A stretch of 63,839 nucleotides of DNA, filler included, from Pelomyxa schiedti (Eukaryota > Protista > Evosea): assembly GCA_020536535.1 (NCBI GenBank). It is 12 parts of 12 records of this genome, joined end to end, with 100 filler letters (N's around TTAATTAATTAA, not from the genome) between each part and the next. Parts side by side here need not be neighbours in the genome. Positions count along the whole stretch, not along the records: positions 48,291 to 54,458 come from JAHLWZ010001446.1; positions 54,559 to 56,959 come from JAHLWZ010002007.1; positions 57,060 to 58,393 come from JAHLWZ010002588.1; positions 58,494 to 59,575 come from JAHLWZ010002866.1; positions 59,676 to 60,921 come from JAHLWZ010002653.1; positions 61,022 to 62,326 come from JAHLWZ010002603.1; positions 62,427 to 63,839 come from JAHLWZ010002521.1; 5 more parts are not named here. The stretch is one strand, 5' to 3'. Shown here one piece after another: positions 52,772 through 63,839 of this stretch. The notes under the pieces are model-generated. The model was not told the DNA's origin, did not search any database, and saw only the letters and a list, made by a program, of their open reading frames with translations. Positions within the stretch are counted from its first letter, which is position 1. Each line of letters starts with the position of its first letter. Both the position numbers and the translations under genes were made by a program.

Positions 52772-54328
52772 ATGGACACCATCGTCGTTTTTTTCGGGGT
52801 GTACATTCGTGATTGCGTTGTACCATAATTCGTTTGTGTTGCCTACGGCTTTCCCGAGGCGCAGTAAGTTTTTGGCGTGGTTTCCGAGCGCGCTGGCTCT
52901 TTTTTTGCCGTTCTTCTGTGGTATTAACTTAGTTACACCCCCAAGAGGGTTTCATATTCTGGAGTAAAATAAAATATAATGTAGTGTTTTCTTGTTACTG
53001 TTACAATAATTTTCAGATAAGAAAAGTGCATACAACCAGGCAGTTTTGTCCTGGACTGTGATGTTACGCGCAGCTGACCTGGTGTGGAAAAGGTTGCCCA
53101 ACACTCAATTTCCTGTATGATTTCAGATTCTGCAAATCCAACAAGTAAAACAGCGGAACTCACTCTGCCCATAACAATCGTCGCCACGTGCAAAACTCAC
53201 TCTTTCGCATTCACGCTCAAACAGACACTGTCCCATGCACTGGCTAAAAGAGAAAAAGGAGCGTGGAAAACTGTCCAAGGGGTATTTTGGTGGCTGTTTA
53301 TCAGGATATCATTCTCATTGTTGCCGGATTACAAGTACCCTTTAAATGATGAGGAGGTCAGGACCAACAGAAGGAAAGCCCTTGTGCAACTTGTGGTTGC
53401 TTTTTGTTTTTAAACTACAACCCATTATGTTGCTCAACTCATGGCAATAGGATGTAATTTGCTTCACACTGGTGGTATTGCTAGTAATCGTTCCAGTTCT
53501 GTGGCCGAATAACTTCCAACACAGTCGCTCTCTGAGCATTTTCTGGTTTGCTCTGGTTATGTACGTGCTACCTTACGCTCTAACCACTGTGATGCACTGT
53601 ACTTTTATACCTTATAAATAGACCAATAATTATTAGAATTCATTTCCCTTTCTTTTTTAACATTTCCTATAGCACTAATCGTTATATTCACGGGGATTCA
53701 CTACGAGCCCTTTTATCTTCTTCCAATAACAGCCACCTCTCCACGGGCCTTCTGGGGTAAAAGGTGGAACATTGCCATTAGAAACCTTCTTCGCCGGAAT
53801 GTGTTCGTTCCTGTTTCACGGTATACCTTTCTGATTCTTCCACACTGCTCAATTTAACTGCAGGCTTTTCCCTCAAAACAAAGCTCTTGGGGTATGTGCC
53901 GGAGTTCTATCATCATTCCTAGTGAGTGCCTTGATGCATGAATTTATGGTTATTGCTTCATTCCGTTCCTCATACTTTACTCAAGGGTACGCTACTTTTT
54001 GTTTTTATTTTTATCAAATTATTTAAATACATACGAAATTCATTCGAAATGTAATTCGTTCTCAAATTATTTTTTCGTCTACCCAACAAACAATTGCTAC
54101 CGGTTAAATACAAACTGACTTGAATTTCCAGCAACAACATCATTTGTTGTGCAGGGAATTACATGCGTTGCACAAGGAATTTTGCAAAGAAAACTCTCAT
54201 CAATGGGCATACAGATAGCAATTCCACGCCCATTGTGCTGTGTTCTTACAATGACATGGCTGCTTGTCAGTGGATGGTGGTTTTTGGGTGTTATCATGGA
54301 CATTCACCTGATGTCCTACCTGCAGTAA
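52772..54328 (+). CDS. MBOAT_2 family O-acyltransferase (wax synthase / long-chain-alcohol acyltransferase-like), with an apparent frameshift in a T7 run near the start
   Basis: TATSPRAFWGKRWNIAIRNLLRRNVFVPV and SFLVSALMHEFMV (catalytic His), with multiple TM segments. Confidence 0.78.
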
Positions 54329-54558
54329 AAAAAAGATGTTCCAAAAGAGTGAATCTTGTTTGTGTTATGGTCTCTGTTGAGAGAACAAAAGGGCTTGGAT
54401 TTCAGGATCGTCATCAGGTAAGAATGTGCCATGCTCTTGTTGTACAAGTGTGTTGAAANNNNNNNNNNNNNNNNNNNNNNNNNNNNNNNNNNNNNNNNNN
54501 NNTTAATTAATTAANNNNNNNNNNNNNNNNNNNNNNNNNNNNNNNNNNNNNNNNNNNN

Positions 54559-55045
54559 ACAGACCCATCCCTGTCAGCCACATACACCCATTCTCCATCA
54601 AGGTGAATAACCCCTTGCATTAGGAATGAGTTCCCATCACTGAAGGCAGCATAAATCCGGTCAAAACGGCCATGTTGTGCAACCCTGAATGCACCACAGT
54701 CAACTACCCCCAGTGTTGGCGACACATTCACCCATAAGTGCGCACAAGCTCCATCGCTGTAGAGTCCCTTTACTGTGCAAACCCTCCTTGATTCCACACG
54801 CATCACCCATTTCTTCCCCCACTCCACAAACAATGATGGATTTGATGTCAACTGACAAATCGGTGGTGGTGAAAGAAAGACACCACCACCAGCGCCGCTT
54901 TTTCTTCTGTGGATTTGAGTTACTTTGTTTTTTTCGTTTTGATATGTGTTTTGATGATGGGGGTGGGTGCGTACAAGTGAGTTATGGGAGCGCACGCAAC
55001 TGCAACGAACTGGTCCTTGGCCTTCAGCACAGCAAAAACGTCCAT
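54559..55045 (-). CDS. Expanded-family member, tandem paralog of 55293-56492, 3'-truncated; intron 54907-54974
   Basis: MDVFAVLKAKDQFVAVACAPITHL-RKSG...VEWGKKWV, closely similar to its neighbour. Confidence 0.78.
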
Positions 55046-55292
55046 CCACCCAGTAAAAACTTGATCTCTTGTTGCTCTGATCTTCTGAGGTGGATCCTTG
55101 TTGGGGACTTTCTCTGGTTCGCGTGACGGTGTGCTCCCCATCGTGATGTGCGGTTGGACCTCCTACGGGAAAACAATGCGATTTCAAAGAAGGCCTTTTT
55201 TTCTGATCAAAAAGTTTAGTGATTACTAGGTCCAGAAGAAAAAGTGAAGCTGTGGGAATTGGCTTAAAGCCAGGCAGGATGCCATGTTGTTC

Positions 55293-56492
55293 TTACAGCT
55301 GACAATGCAGGTGAGCAAGTACAACTCCGGAAATGGGGTCAGACAACCAAAGGTCCAGGCATTTGGAGGTGTGAGTGTGGTTCGAAATGTTGGTTGTGGT
55401 ACTGCTTGTGGGAACAACCACAGGAACAAAGCCACAGTTTGTAGGTATAAGCCTGACTGGAAAAGAGTCACCTGGAAGGGGAATTACACAACAGGGGGTG
55501 AAGTCTGATGAATTGAACACTGTCATGGTTTTCTTGCTGTTAATTTGGCACAATTGGTGCGGACCAAGGTAGGTATACATAAAGGAACCTGGGAGTGATG
55601 GGAATTTGTGCACCATTTTCTTGGTGTTGGTGTTGAACACCTGCCATAAAGAAGCATCTTGATCCCAGTGTAATGTGTGCAGTGTATTGTTGACCGAAAT
55701 GGACTCAACAGCTCCAGGTGCTCCAATAGACTTCTCAATCACTAGGGTCTTGCTCTCAAATGTTCTCACCAAATCAACAAACTTGATCTCATCTGGATAC
55801 AACAAGATAGCTTTGTCCAAATCAAAAGGCAACATGCTCACACCAAAGATCAAGTGAGATACGTAAACCCCAGTTGAACTCAAATCACTCTCGTCATCTG
55901 GCAAACCACCATCAACTAGCCTCCACAGGCCCAAATCCCCGTTGAAGCAAAGAATCAGCCACTTTTCATTCACCCCAATCCAAGTAAAGTCGCCTGAAGG
56001 TTCCGTCTTGGATGCCAGGGTCTGCACACGAGACCCACTCCTGTCAACTACAAACACACATGCATCAGCACTGCCCACTTTGTGCCCTTCCATCAGGAAT
56101 GTGTTCCCATCACTGAATGCTGCAAGAATGCAAGTGGCGTACCCAGTAAGTTCAGGGCACAGGAATGAACCGCAGTCCACAACACCCAGTGTTGGTGACA
56201 CCAGGACAAATAAGTGCACACAAGTTCCATCACGCTCCTTTCCTTTTACAGTGCACAACCTCCTTGATTCCACAGACGTCACCCATTTTTTCCCCCATTC
56301 AACCAACAGTGGTGCCAACGACACAAAACAACAAATCGGTGGTGGTAGCCGTTGCGCAGTAGCGACACCAGTTTTTCTTCTGTGTACGGTTACTTCTTTT
56401 TTGGGATTTGTTGTTTGTTACGAGTGAGTTATGGGAGCGCAAGCGACGGCGACGAACTGGTCCTTGGCCTTCAGCACCGCAAAAAGGTCCAT
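55293..56492 (-). CDS. Expanded-family member; intron 56380-56421
   Basis: MDLFAVLKAKDQFVAVACAPITHS splices in frame to RKTG...VEWGKKWV. Motifs VNEKWLI and FVDLVRTFESKTL are present. Confidence 0.82.
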
Positions 56493-56584
56493 CAGTCGGG
56501 CGAGTTACCAGAAAAATAAAAACTTTCTCAACACAGCCAACGACGCAACGACCAACAAGTAATTAGATATACCCGCGCGAAACA

Positions 56585-56959
56585 ATGTCCAGCAAAACCA
56601 AAAGCACGACGCCCAACGAATCATCAGCTGCCGTCGCCACTTCTTCCTCTTCGTCGTCGCTCAACGCGATGCAGCCCGTGTCGTCGCCGTTCACGGTGCG
56701 CAAGGTGGTGGTGCTGGCCAACGACCCCAAGGACAGCCAGGCCGTGGTGGCCATGCTGGCCCCGCCGTCGTCGCCGGGGGGCACCGGGGGGGCCAGCGCC
56801 GTCGGGGGGGCAAGCGGGGGGGCGCCGCCTGGGTCGCCGTCGCCGTCGCCGTCGCACGGGGCGCTCAACGCGAGCGCGGGGGCGCCCAGGACGCCGCTGG
56901 TGGCGAGGGCCCCGTCGTGCGGCGTCGACTTCGTGGCAACAATGCTAAATGACAAGGTG
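56585..56959 (+). CDS. 5' part of a possible degenerate Ras/Rab-like protein, truncated
   Basis: RKVVVL...GVDF...LNDKV resembles small-GTPase strands 1-2, but the P-loop is absent and a Gly/Ser/Pro insert is present. Confidence 0.38.
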
Positions 56960-57098
56960 NNNNNNNNNNNNNNNNNNNNNNNNNNNNNNNNNNNNNNNNN
57001 NNNTTAATTAATTAANNNNNNNNNNNNNNNNNNNNNNNNNNNNNNNNNNNNNNNNNNNNACCTGGGCAGGTATTTTGAAATACTGCCCCCCACGCACT

Positions 57099-58393
57099 CT
57101 AGTACTGGGAGGAGGAGAGAAAACAGGAGAAGGGTGTGGTCATGAGACTGACCCATCTCTTGAATCCAGGGAAGTGAATGGTGAGAACTGTGTTCCCCTG
57201 GAATGGCTCGAGCACAACAATCTTGTCACTGAGAACCTTGAAGATGAACCCACCCTGTGCTGTGAACCTACACGGCGGTGTAGTTTCTCCTCTCTCGCCA
57301 GCCAGAACAAGAGTTGGGTGGTTGACATCATCACAGTGATAGACAGCAAGCTTTTTCCCATGCAGGCCACTGGTGCGGAACGACACACAGAACAGCGAGT
57401 TTGTGACCTGATACACCCTATCCACCTTGAAACCATCCAGAAGTGGAATTGGCTGACATGAACCAGTTCCCTCTTCCACACAGAACAACACAGAGACAGA
57501 GCAATCCCAACGGGACTGCACAATGAAAACCCTTGAAACACCATCATCACAATCACCACAGATATTAGCACACCTCCTCCTCGTCGCCCTTGTGCTCCCC
57601 CTCAGAACAAAGACACGCAGAAACGAGTGGCCACTTGGAACCTCCCACTTTGTCGCGCTCAGAACCACCAGGCTCTTCCCGCTCCTGTAAGTGCTCTCCA
57701 CGTCCACAACAACAATCGCCACCACACTCTCCGTGTACTGCGTGATTATCGCCTCGCTGGCAGCACACTCGTCCATCTGCACCTGCATTCTCAACTGCAA
57801 TAGATTAGCCCCACCGCCAACAAAAAGGGGCATCTTCACAACTACAAAGCTTCTACTTTCTTCACCTCCACCTTCTCTTTCACAAGCACAACAACCACCA
57901 AGTACACTGCCAATTGGCACAATTGCAGCGAATGACGTCACTGCGTTGTTGTCGCATGAAGTTGCATCTTCAGAATCAGGCAAATATGCAATGACACCCC
58001 ATCTGGAGTTTGAGGACCACGAGTTGCAACTGTGACGCTGCCACCCGTGCGGTCCTTCTTTTGGCGGGGCCAGGACGGCCTTGGTGTTTGTTTTGCCTGC
58101 CAGGAGGTCGTAGACCGTGACGTGGGAGCTGCCGGAGTAGTCGAGCACGGCGGTGTGGGTCGGGTCGACGAAGCGGCCGTGGTGGTGGAAGCCGCTGTAG
58201 GGCATGCGGGCAGGCCCGCGGAACAAACTGAAGAGCACGGGGGAGAGCACCAACGAGAGGATTGTGGGAGGCGTGGTGGACGAAACGGTAACCTCGAGGA
58301 GAAACGATTTGAGGGTGGGGAGGACGAAGTCGGACCACAACAGATCGCGGACGAAGTGGTGGGCGTGGTGGGGTCCCATAATCGCGAGCAGTG
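57099..58393 (-). CDS. Intronless expanded-family member, 5'-truncated
   Basis: ALLAIMGPHH..RDLLWSDFV, SNSRWGV, VVDVESTYRSGKSLVVLSAT and GGFIFKV..IVVLEPFQG. Confidence 0.8.
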
Positions 58394-58493
58394 NNNNNNN
58401 NNNNNNNNNNNNNNNNNNNNNNNNNNNNNNNNNNNNNTTAATTAATTAANNNNNNNNNNNNNNNNNNNNNNNNNNNNNNNNNNNNNNNNNNNN

Positions 58494-59575
58494 TTCCAAC
58501 GAGTAGCGACGAGGTCTCATGGCCACCACAACAAGTAGTACAACGACTGTACCAACGGCCGTCATAGCCATTGTGCCACTACGAGAACAAAACGCCCCCA
58601 TCAGCATCACTAAAGTCGTGAAAAAATGAGTAAATAATTCGATTTTCTGGTTCAGATTTGACAGTTGAAAAAATAATCGAAAAAAAATAGGTTTTAATTT
58701 TTTTCCTTTTTTCACTTTCCCTCACTTCCTGATGGTCCCTGCCGTTGCTGTGTTTGATGAGAATGTGCCCACCTTGTGGGGTGCATGTGATTTATGAAGA
58801 TGCCCAAACGATCTTCCTGAACTGTCGCGCCCCTCGTGAGAAAAGGGTCAAATGTCATTTTACTGTGAAACTGTCAGTCGGGGATCAGATCAGGAAAAAA
58901 AAACGCGTGTTCCCAGGTTTGATCCAACGGCCCAAGACAGAAAACCCTTCTTCGCCTAACAGATCGTTTCAGGTGCCTCCCGCGGCTCAATTCCCTCAGC
59001 ACGAGAGTTTTCGAAGATTTTCACGACAGCTCGCGCACATTGGCGATTAATACCTGGCGGCACTCATATCGCCGACTGTCCCTGAAGGGTTTAAAGAATA
59101 AGAGTGAGTAGTGGAACAAGTCGTTTTTCTGTCTTGGGCCGTTGGATCAAACCTGGGAACACGCGTTTTTTTTTCCTGATCTGATCCCCGACTGACAGTT
59201 TCACAGTAAAATGACATTTGACCCTTTTCTCACGAGGGGCGCGACAGTTCAGGAAGATCGTTTGGGCATCTTCATAAATCACATGCACCCCACAAGGTGG
59301 GCACATTCTCATCAAACACAGCAACGGCAGGGACCATCAGGAAGTGAGGGAAAGTGAAAAAAGGAAAAAAATTAAAACCTATTTTTTTTCGATTATTTTT
59401 TCAACTGTCAAATCTGAACCAGAAAATCGAATTATTTACTCATTTTTTCACGACTTTAGTGATGCTGATGGGGGCGTTTTGTTCTCGTAGTGGCACAATG
59501 GCTATGACGGCCGTTGGTACAGTCGTTGTACTACTTGTTGTGGTGGCCATGAGACCTCGTCGCTACTCGTTGGAA
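58494..59575. repeat. Whole-contig palindrome: two 451-bp arms (58494-58944 / 59125-59575) around a 180-nt spacer
   Basis: The arms are reverse complements with no difference seen by eye, and both run to the contig ends. Identical ORFs appear on both strands. Confidence 0.95.
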
Positions 59576-59675
59576 NNNNNNNNNNNNNNNNNNNNNNNNN
59601 NNNNNNNNNNNNNNNNNNNTTAATTAATTAANNNNNNNNNNNNNNNNNNNNNNNNNNNNNNNNNNNNNNNNNNNN

Positions 59676-60721
59676 TGATTCATCATGAGTATCCACTGAT
59701 CATTGGCTGGGACGCTTCTGGTATTTGCAGCTTTCCTTATATTGCTCGTACTTGCAATATGACTTTTTCTTGATTTTACTTTTTCGTAGGAGTTATTGAG
59801 CAAGTGGGAGAAGAATTTGTACAGAGTGGCTTCGATGTTGGCGACGAAGTTATACTGTTGTGCAAGAAGGAATTGGTGCATAACGGGACATGTGCCCAGT
59901 ATTGCACGGTCACACATTCGATGATAGCACGGAAGCCAAAGAACCTGAACTTTGATGAAGCTGCAACAGTTCCATTGGCTTCACTAACCGCCTGGCAAGA
60001 CCTTCTTGTGCTCGGCAAGTTGCAGGTTTGTTACTCTGGGCATGAAGTTAATTGATAATCTATTGAAACGGTGGCAGCCCGGGAAGAAAGCACTGTTGTG
60101 CACAGGATCGGGAGGTGTTGGAAGCTTTGCAGTCCAAATCGCTCATTACATTGGAGCCGTGGTTGGAGTTATTGGGAGGCAATCAAACTTTGAATATCTG
60201 CGCTCTCTTGGTATAACTACCACTGACATGTCCTCTTTCCATTTGTTAACGCTCAAAAGGGGCTGATTGTGTGTTTGACATTGAGAGTAAAAACCTGGAA
60301 ACAGAAATTATGACGAGTATGGGAAAAGTGGACTTGGTCCTTGATGCACTTTCAATGGCATACAGAGTTGCACCATTGATCAAACCAGGTGGAAAGCTGC
60401 TCAGCATTGTTGGATATCCAAAATTGAAGTGAGTTTATATTTTCCACTGGTTTTCTTGGCTGAGTTTCCCCAAGGGGAGCATTTGATTTTGAAGTGCATG
60501 CCACAATGGTTTACCCAGAGCATTCTGAATTGACTGAAATTGGTTCCCTCATTGAAATTGGAAGAATCAAGTGCCCCCCGGTGTGCACCACCCACTATTT
60601 CTTGCCACTGAACTAAATTGTGATTCAGGTTGAAACATACCCAATGGATCAAGTACAGAATGCACTGGAAAAGCTCAAGTCTGGAAATGTCAAGGGCAAG
60701 TTGGCGCTTCAAATTCCCTGA
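59676..60721 (+). CDS. NADPH-dependent quinone oxidoreductase / MDR-family (zinc-independent ADH-like) enzyme, 5'-truncated
   Basis: GFDVGDEV, GTCAQY, KPKNLNFDEAATVPLASLTAWQ, GSGGVGSFAVQIA and GNVKGKLAL. Confidence 0.88.
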
Positions 60722-61490
60722 ATGAATGGCACCTCAATGCTTCTTTCAACACATCATTCACAAAGATTAAACCCATAGAAAAAGGCTAAAAAAGACAAGT
60801 AAATAGGTTTGTTGCTATTGTGTCAATATCGCTGATGAGGGAATGGCTACCAACTGTGTTTGCTATCATAACCCTGCTTTTCATCACGGTTGGCTGCAAG
60901 TGATAATTGAAGTGAAATGGGNNNNNNNNNNNNNNNNNNNNNNNNNNNNNNNNNNNNNNNNNNNNTTAATTAATTAANNNNNNNNNNNNNNNNNNNNNNN
61001 NNNNNNNNNNNNNNNNNNNNNAACTTGCCCCTGCCATCTCGCTTGTTGTTTACAATACGTCCAGTGTACACACCACCGGGTTGCACCGCGTTGTCAACAA
61101 ATTCAACGATGCTCGGCTCTGTCGACATCAAAAAAAAGTTTGAAACAATCGATTAATTGTAAGTGTTTGAGCATTAAGTGTGTCATTGCATACATTGTGC
61201 TCATGAATTTTCCCGAGAGCAGGACAGTGAAGAACGACGACGACGGCGACTCGGATCCCATCGTCATCATCGTGAGTGTCGTCCTCGTTGTGGCGAACAC
61301 GCGACAAACAAATGTATTTTTCTGTTGCTGTCGTGTGTTTCAGGGAAAACACAGCAACGAGAGGAGCTCACAGAGAGCTTCTCGAATACAACGTCCCAAA
61401 TCAACAAGAAGGCAAGTCTGTTGATTTGTTTTTTAATGCTCCAAGGAGCGGTATCCCACTTAAAAATATTTCTTGTATTTGGGCATGAGG

Positions 61491-62326
61491 TTACATGAGG
61501 ATGCAAGGGTTGTTTGAAGGTGAAACTGGGCTTGTCGGGGCGGACACTGTAGTGTGGCTGTGCGTAACAGCCACCAGTTGACACCCAGTTACTGTGTCTT
61601 TGATTGTGTGCCTGATGCACTTCCCTTCATTTGACAACAATGGCGCCACAGAGATGTAAACTGTTATCTTCACAGTGGGGCGCTCGTGCTGTCTCACGGC
61701 AATCACGTGTAATGGGCCTGTGTTGAAGATAGCTCTGTAAGTGGACTGTGAAAAGCTACTGCTCTGTTTCACGGTGCACCCAGTGACTGTGTTGTTTATG
61801 CAAATGGAATTACATCCCCCAACTTGCCTGCTTAGCTCCTGGTCATCATGGATGGAGAGAATTTCATTTGGGGATACCCACATTATGTCAATGGGATGTG
61901 GCTGCAACGTTAACCTCCTCAACACATGCAAGGAACTGCTGGTGTAACTTGTTCCCAGGTCGCGCAGTCAGAATGATCAGAATCCTGTGCAATAACTGCA
62001 AGCACATCACCATCTGGCGGGCCAAACCGAGGGAACCTGGCCCCAACTGGGAATCCAGATACACCCGCTCCCCAAGGCACATTGCAGCTGCCAACAGATG
62101 CGCCGTTTTCAATCCTCCAAAGCACAAGGTGTGAGGAACCAACCAGCACCATCCACTTGCTGTTGCACCTGTAACACGGAGGGCACACTGCTGGCAGGAT
62201 GTTGCCAATCAATCACACCAGGGGCCCACATGGCCCACTTGACCCACAGTCGCTGTCATCTCCACAACCACCAACAGCAGGACCATGGCTCACTTCAACA
62301 ACATTTATTGCACTGACAGAACCCTC
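61491..62326 (-). pseudogene. Disrupted expanded-family member
   Basis: The motifs CNSKWMVLV and DLGTSYTSSSLHVLR lie in different frames. There is an in-frame TGA near 62213-62215. Confidence 0.6.
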
Positions 62327-62474
62327 NNNNNNNNNNNNNNNNNNNNNNNNNNNNNNNNNNNNNNNNNNNNTTAATTAATTAANNNNNNNNNNNNNNNNNN
62401 NNNNNNNNNNNNNNNNNNNNNNNNNNAAAAAAAAAAAACCGGCAACAGCTTTCGCAGAAGGAGCGGAGACCGTG

Positions 62475-63809
62475 ATGATGGCATCATCCCTGCCGTTGAT
62501 GTTGTGTGCGCACGACCAATTAACCGCGCTGATGACGTCATCGCACGCACGTTGTGGCTCAAAGAGCCCGGCGCGGTTGGTTTTTTCCAACCCAATGATG
62601 TCACGTCACATTTACCACTTGTGCTGTGTCCAAGCAGAGGTCAGGTTTGGTATCACAACGCATGTGCGCTACGATATGTTTTCCAGCGGAGCGTGCTTGG
62701 TCTCGCTGGGTCTGTCGAGTATCACACTTGGGGTCACTTGCGCAGTCATGAGGGCACAGGGCCGTGACATGGTGCAGAAGTGGGTTGATGCCGATAGGGT
62801 GTTGGTGACAACTTGGATCAACAGGGGCGGGAGGATGGGATTCTGTGTAAGGAACGCGAGGGTGAAGTGCGGGAGGAAGGAATGGGATGTGGGTGACTGC
62901 ACGGCTGATGGAAGTAGGAACGGTTGGTATGTGGTGCCTGTTGGTGAGTGGCCTGTGAGGACTTCGGCTGCACCTGGGTTTGTGACTCTGGGTGTCAGCA
63001 GCAAGTGGTTCGTAGTGTGTGACAACATAAGGAATACAATGGCTATTGAAAGGATTATGGAGGGTGCTAGTGAGTTGCTAGGCAATATTGCCATGCCTGG
63101 TGGCGCCGTTGTTGAAGATGTGGTTTTCCCTCCTTGTAACCCTGATGAGGCTGTTATTGTGCAGCGGAAATGTATCATTGATGGCACTACAGGAGGGTCA
63201 ACAATAGTGAGGATATTTGAAGTCATTGATGTCCCACATTGCTGTTCATCAGGAAGCATGTCTATTCTGAATTCGACAAGTTGTGCAGGTTGTGAATCAC
63301 TTCCACAAAAAGTAGAGTACTCCTCCCTTCTAAGAATGAAGAAGAGAAACCACGGTGCCATTACCTCGATTCCTGTTTTCATTGTGGCAGTTAGGCCCCG
63401 AGTTGCCACAACAGGAACAAGCACTTCTGAGAGCTTATCAGTGTATGAGGTGGAGTGTGGCACAGGAAGGTCGAAGTTGATTTCTGGTTCTGTCTCTGGT
63501 TTGTCTCAGCTGGATTCATGCAGGTTTTGCGTTGCTGGCATCTATCTCGGCTCCACATCTTATGAGATATTTAACTGCGATGACACAACCAGCTCAGTGA
63601 GGAAGATTGCAGTTAAGAATGAGGTTACTGCTGATGTCATGGCCTCCTCAGATTTCATCTTTGTGGCTGTCAGTGCAGACAACGAAATAAGAATTGTGGA
63701 CTACTCCACTGGCCTTATAGTCCTCAGGGTCACATTTGGATCCGCAAAACTACTTGGCATGAACTCTGTGTGCTCGTGGCCCACAATCCCACACCCCGAC
63801 TGTGAGTGA
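62475..63809 (+). CDS. Intronless expanded-family member
   Basis: AHDQLTALMTSSHARCGSKSPA, LGLSSITLGV, VSSKWFV, VIDVPHCCSSGSMSILNST and C-terminal DFIF..IRIVDYSTG. Confidence 0.83.
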   Translation: MMASSLPLMLCAHDQLTALMTSSHARCGSKSPARLVFSNPMMSRHIYHLCCVQAEVRFGITTHVRYDMFSSGACLVSLGLSSITLGVTCAVMRAQGRDMVQKWVDADRVLVTTWINRGGRMGFCVRNARVKCGRKEWDVGDCTADGSRNGWYVVPVGEWPVRTSAAPGFVTLGVSSKWFVVCDNIRNTMAIERIMEGASELLGNIAMPGGAVVEDVVFPPCNPDEAVIVQRKCIIDGTTGGSTIVRIFEVIDVPHCCSSGSMSILNSTSCAGCESLPQKVEYSSLLRMKKRNHGAITSIPVFIVAVRPRVATTGTSTSESLSVYEVECGTGRSKLISGSVSGLSQLDSCRFCVAGIYLGSTSYEIFNCDDTTSSVRKIAVKNEVTADVMASSDFIFVAVSADNEIRIVDYSTGLIVLRVTFGSAKLLGMNSVCSWPTIPHPDCE

Positions 63810-63839
63810 AACAAAAAGAGCTTTTGTATCTGATTGATT

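Noticed and set aside
59036-59075. ATACCTGG within a small stem in the palindrome spacer, resembling the U1 snRNA 5' end
   Set aside because: It lacks the full ACTTACCTG, the U1 stem-loops and an Sm site.
62213-62215. In-frame TGA in a family gene as possible stop-codon recoding
   Set aside because: The same gene also has a frameshift, the TGA lies in a TGAT-TGAT micro-duplication, and TGA terminates other genes normally (calcineurin B, the MDR enzyme).
11586-62426. Regularly recurring TTAATTAATTAA palindrome that could look like a repeat array or telomere-like motif
   Set aside because: It always sits inside N-runs of fixed total length, so it is an artificial six-frame-stop contig linker. 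Gene neighbourhoods across these spacers (e.g. Cdc34 next to the expanded family) carry no biological meaning.

Overview
This is eukaryotic DNA with many short GT-AG introns (about 30-100 nt), a moderate GC content and CpG-rich gene 5' ends. It most resembles an amoebozoan or archamoeba such as Pelomyxa, but that is an inference, not a database match. The window is not contiguous: 11 artificial spacers (N-run, TTAATTAATTAA, N-run) join 12 contigs, and the RPAP1 gene contains 3 further 100-N scaffold gaps with duplicated flanks. Recognisable genes: a type-B carboxylesterase, a RasGEF, an LRR + hemolysin-III/PAQR fusion, a Rab fragment, RPAP1, calcineurin B, a protein with two tandem SET/Rubisco-LSMT modules, a PI3/4-kinase-like protein, a Cdc34-type E2, a CBM20 + CX5R phosphatase (laforin-like architecture), an MBOAT_2 wax-synthase-like acyltransferase and an MDR oxidoreductase. 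About 10 copies (2 of them pseudogenes) of one lineage-expanded, nearly intronless, beta-rich protein family are also present. The most striking non-coding signals are five long imperfect fold-backs (four within about 3.2 kb of one contig), one contig that is a perfect 451-bp palindrome, and CpG-to-TpG/CpA decay between repeat copies together with CpG-island-like gene starts. These suggest, but do not show, a hairpin-RNA and cytosine-methylation silencing system. Exon boundaries were inferred by eye and are approximate.
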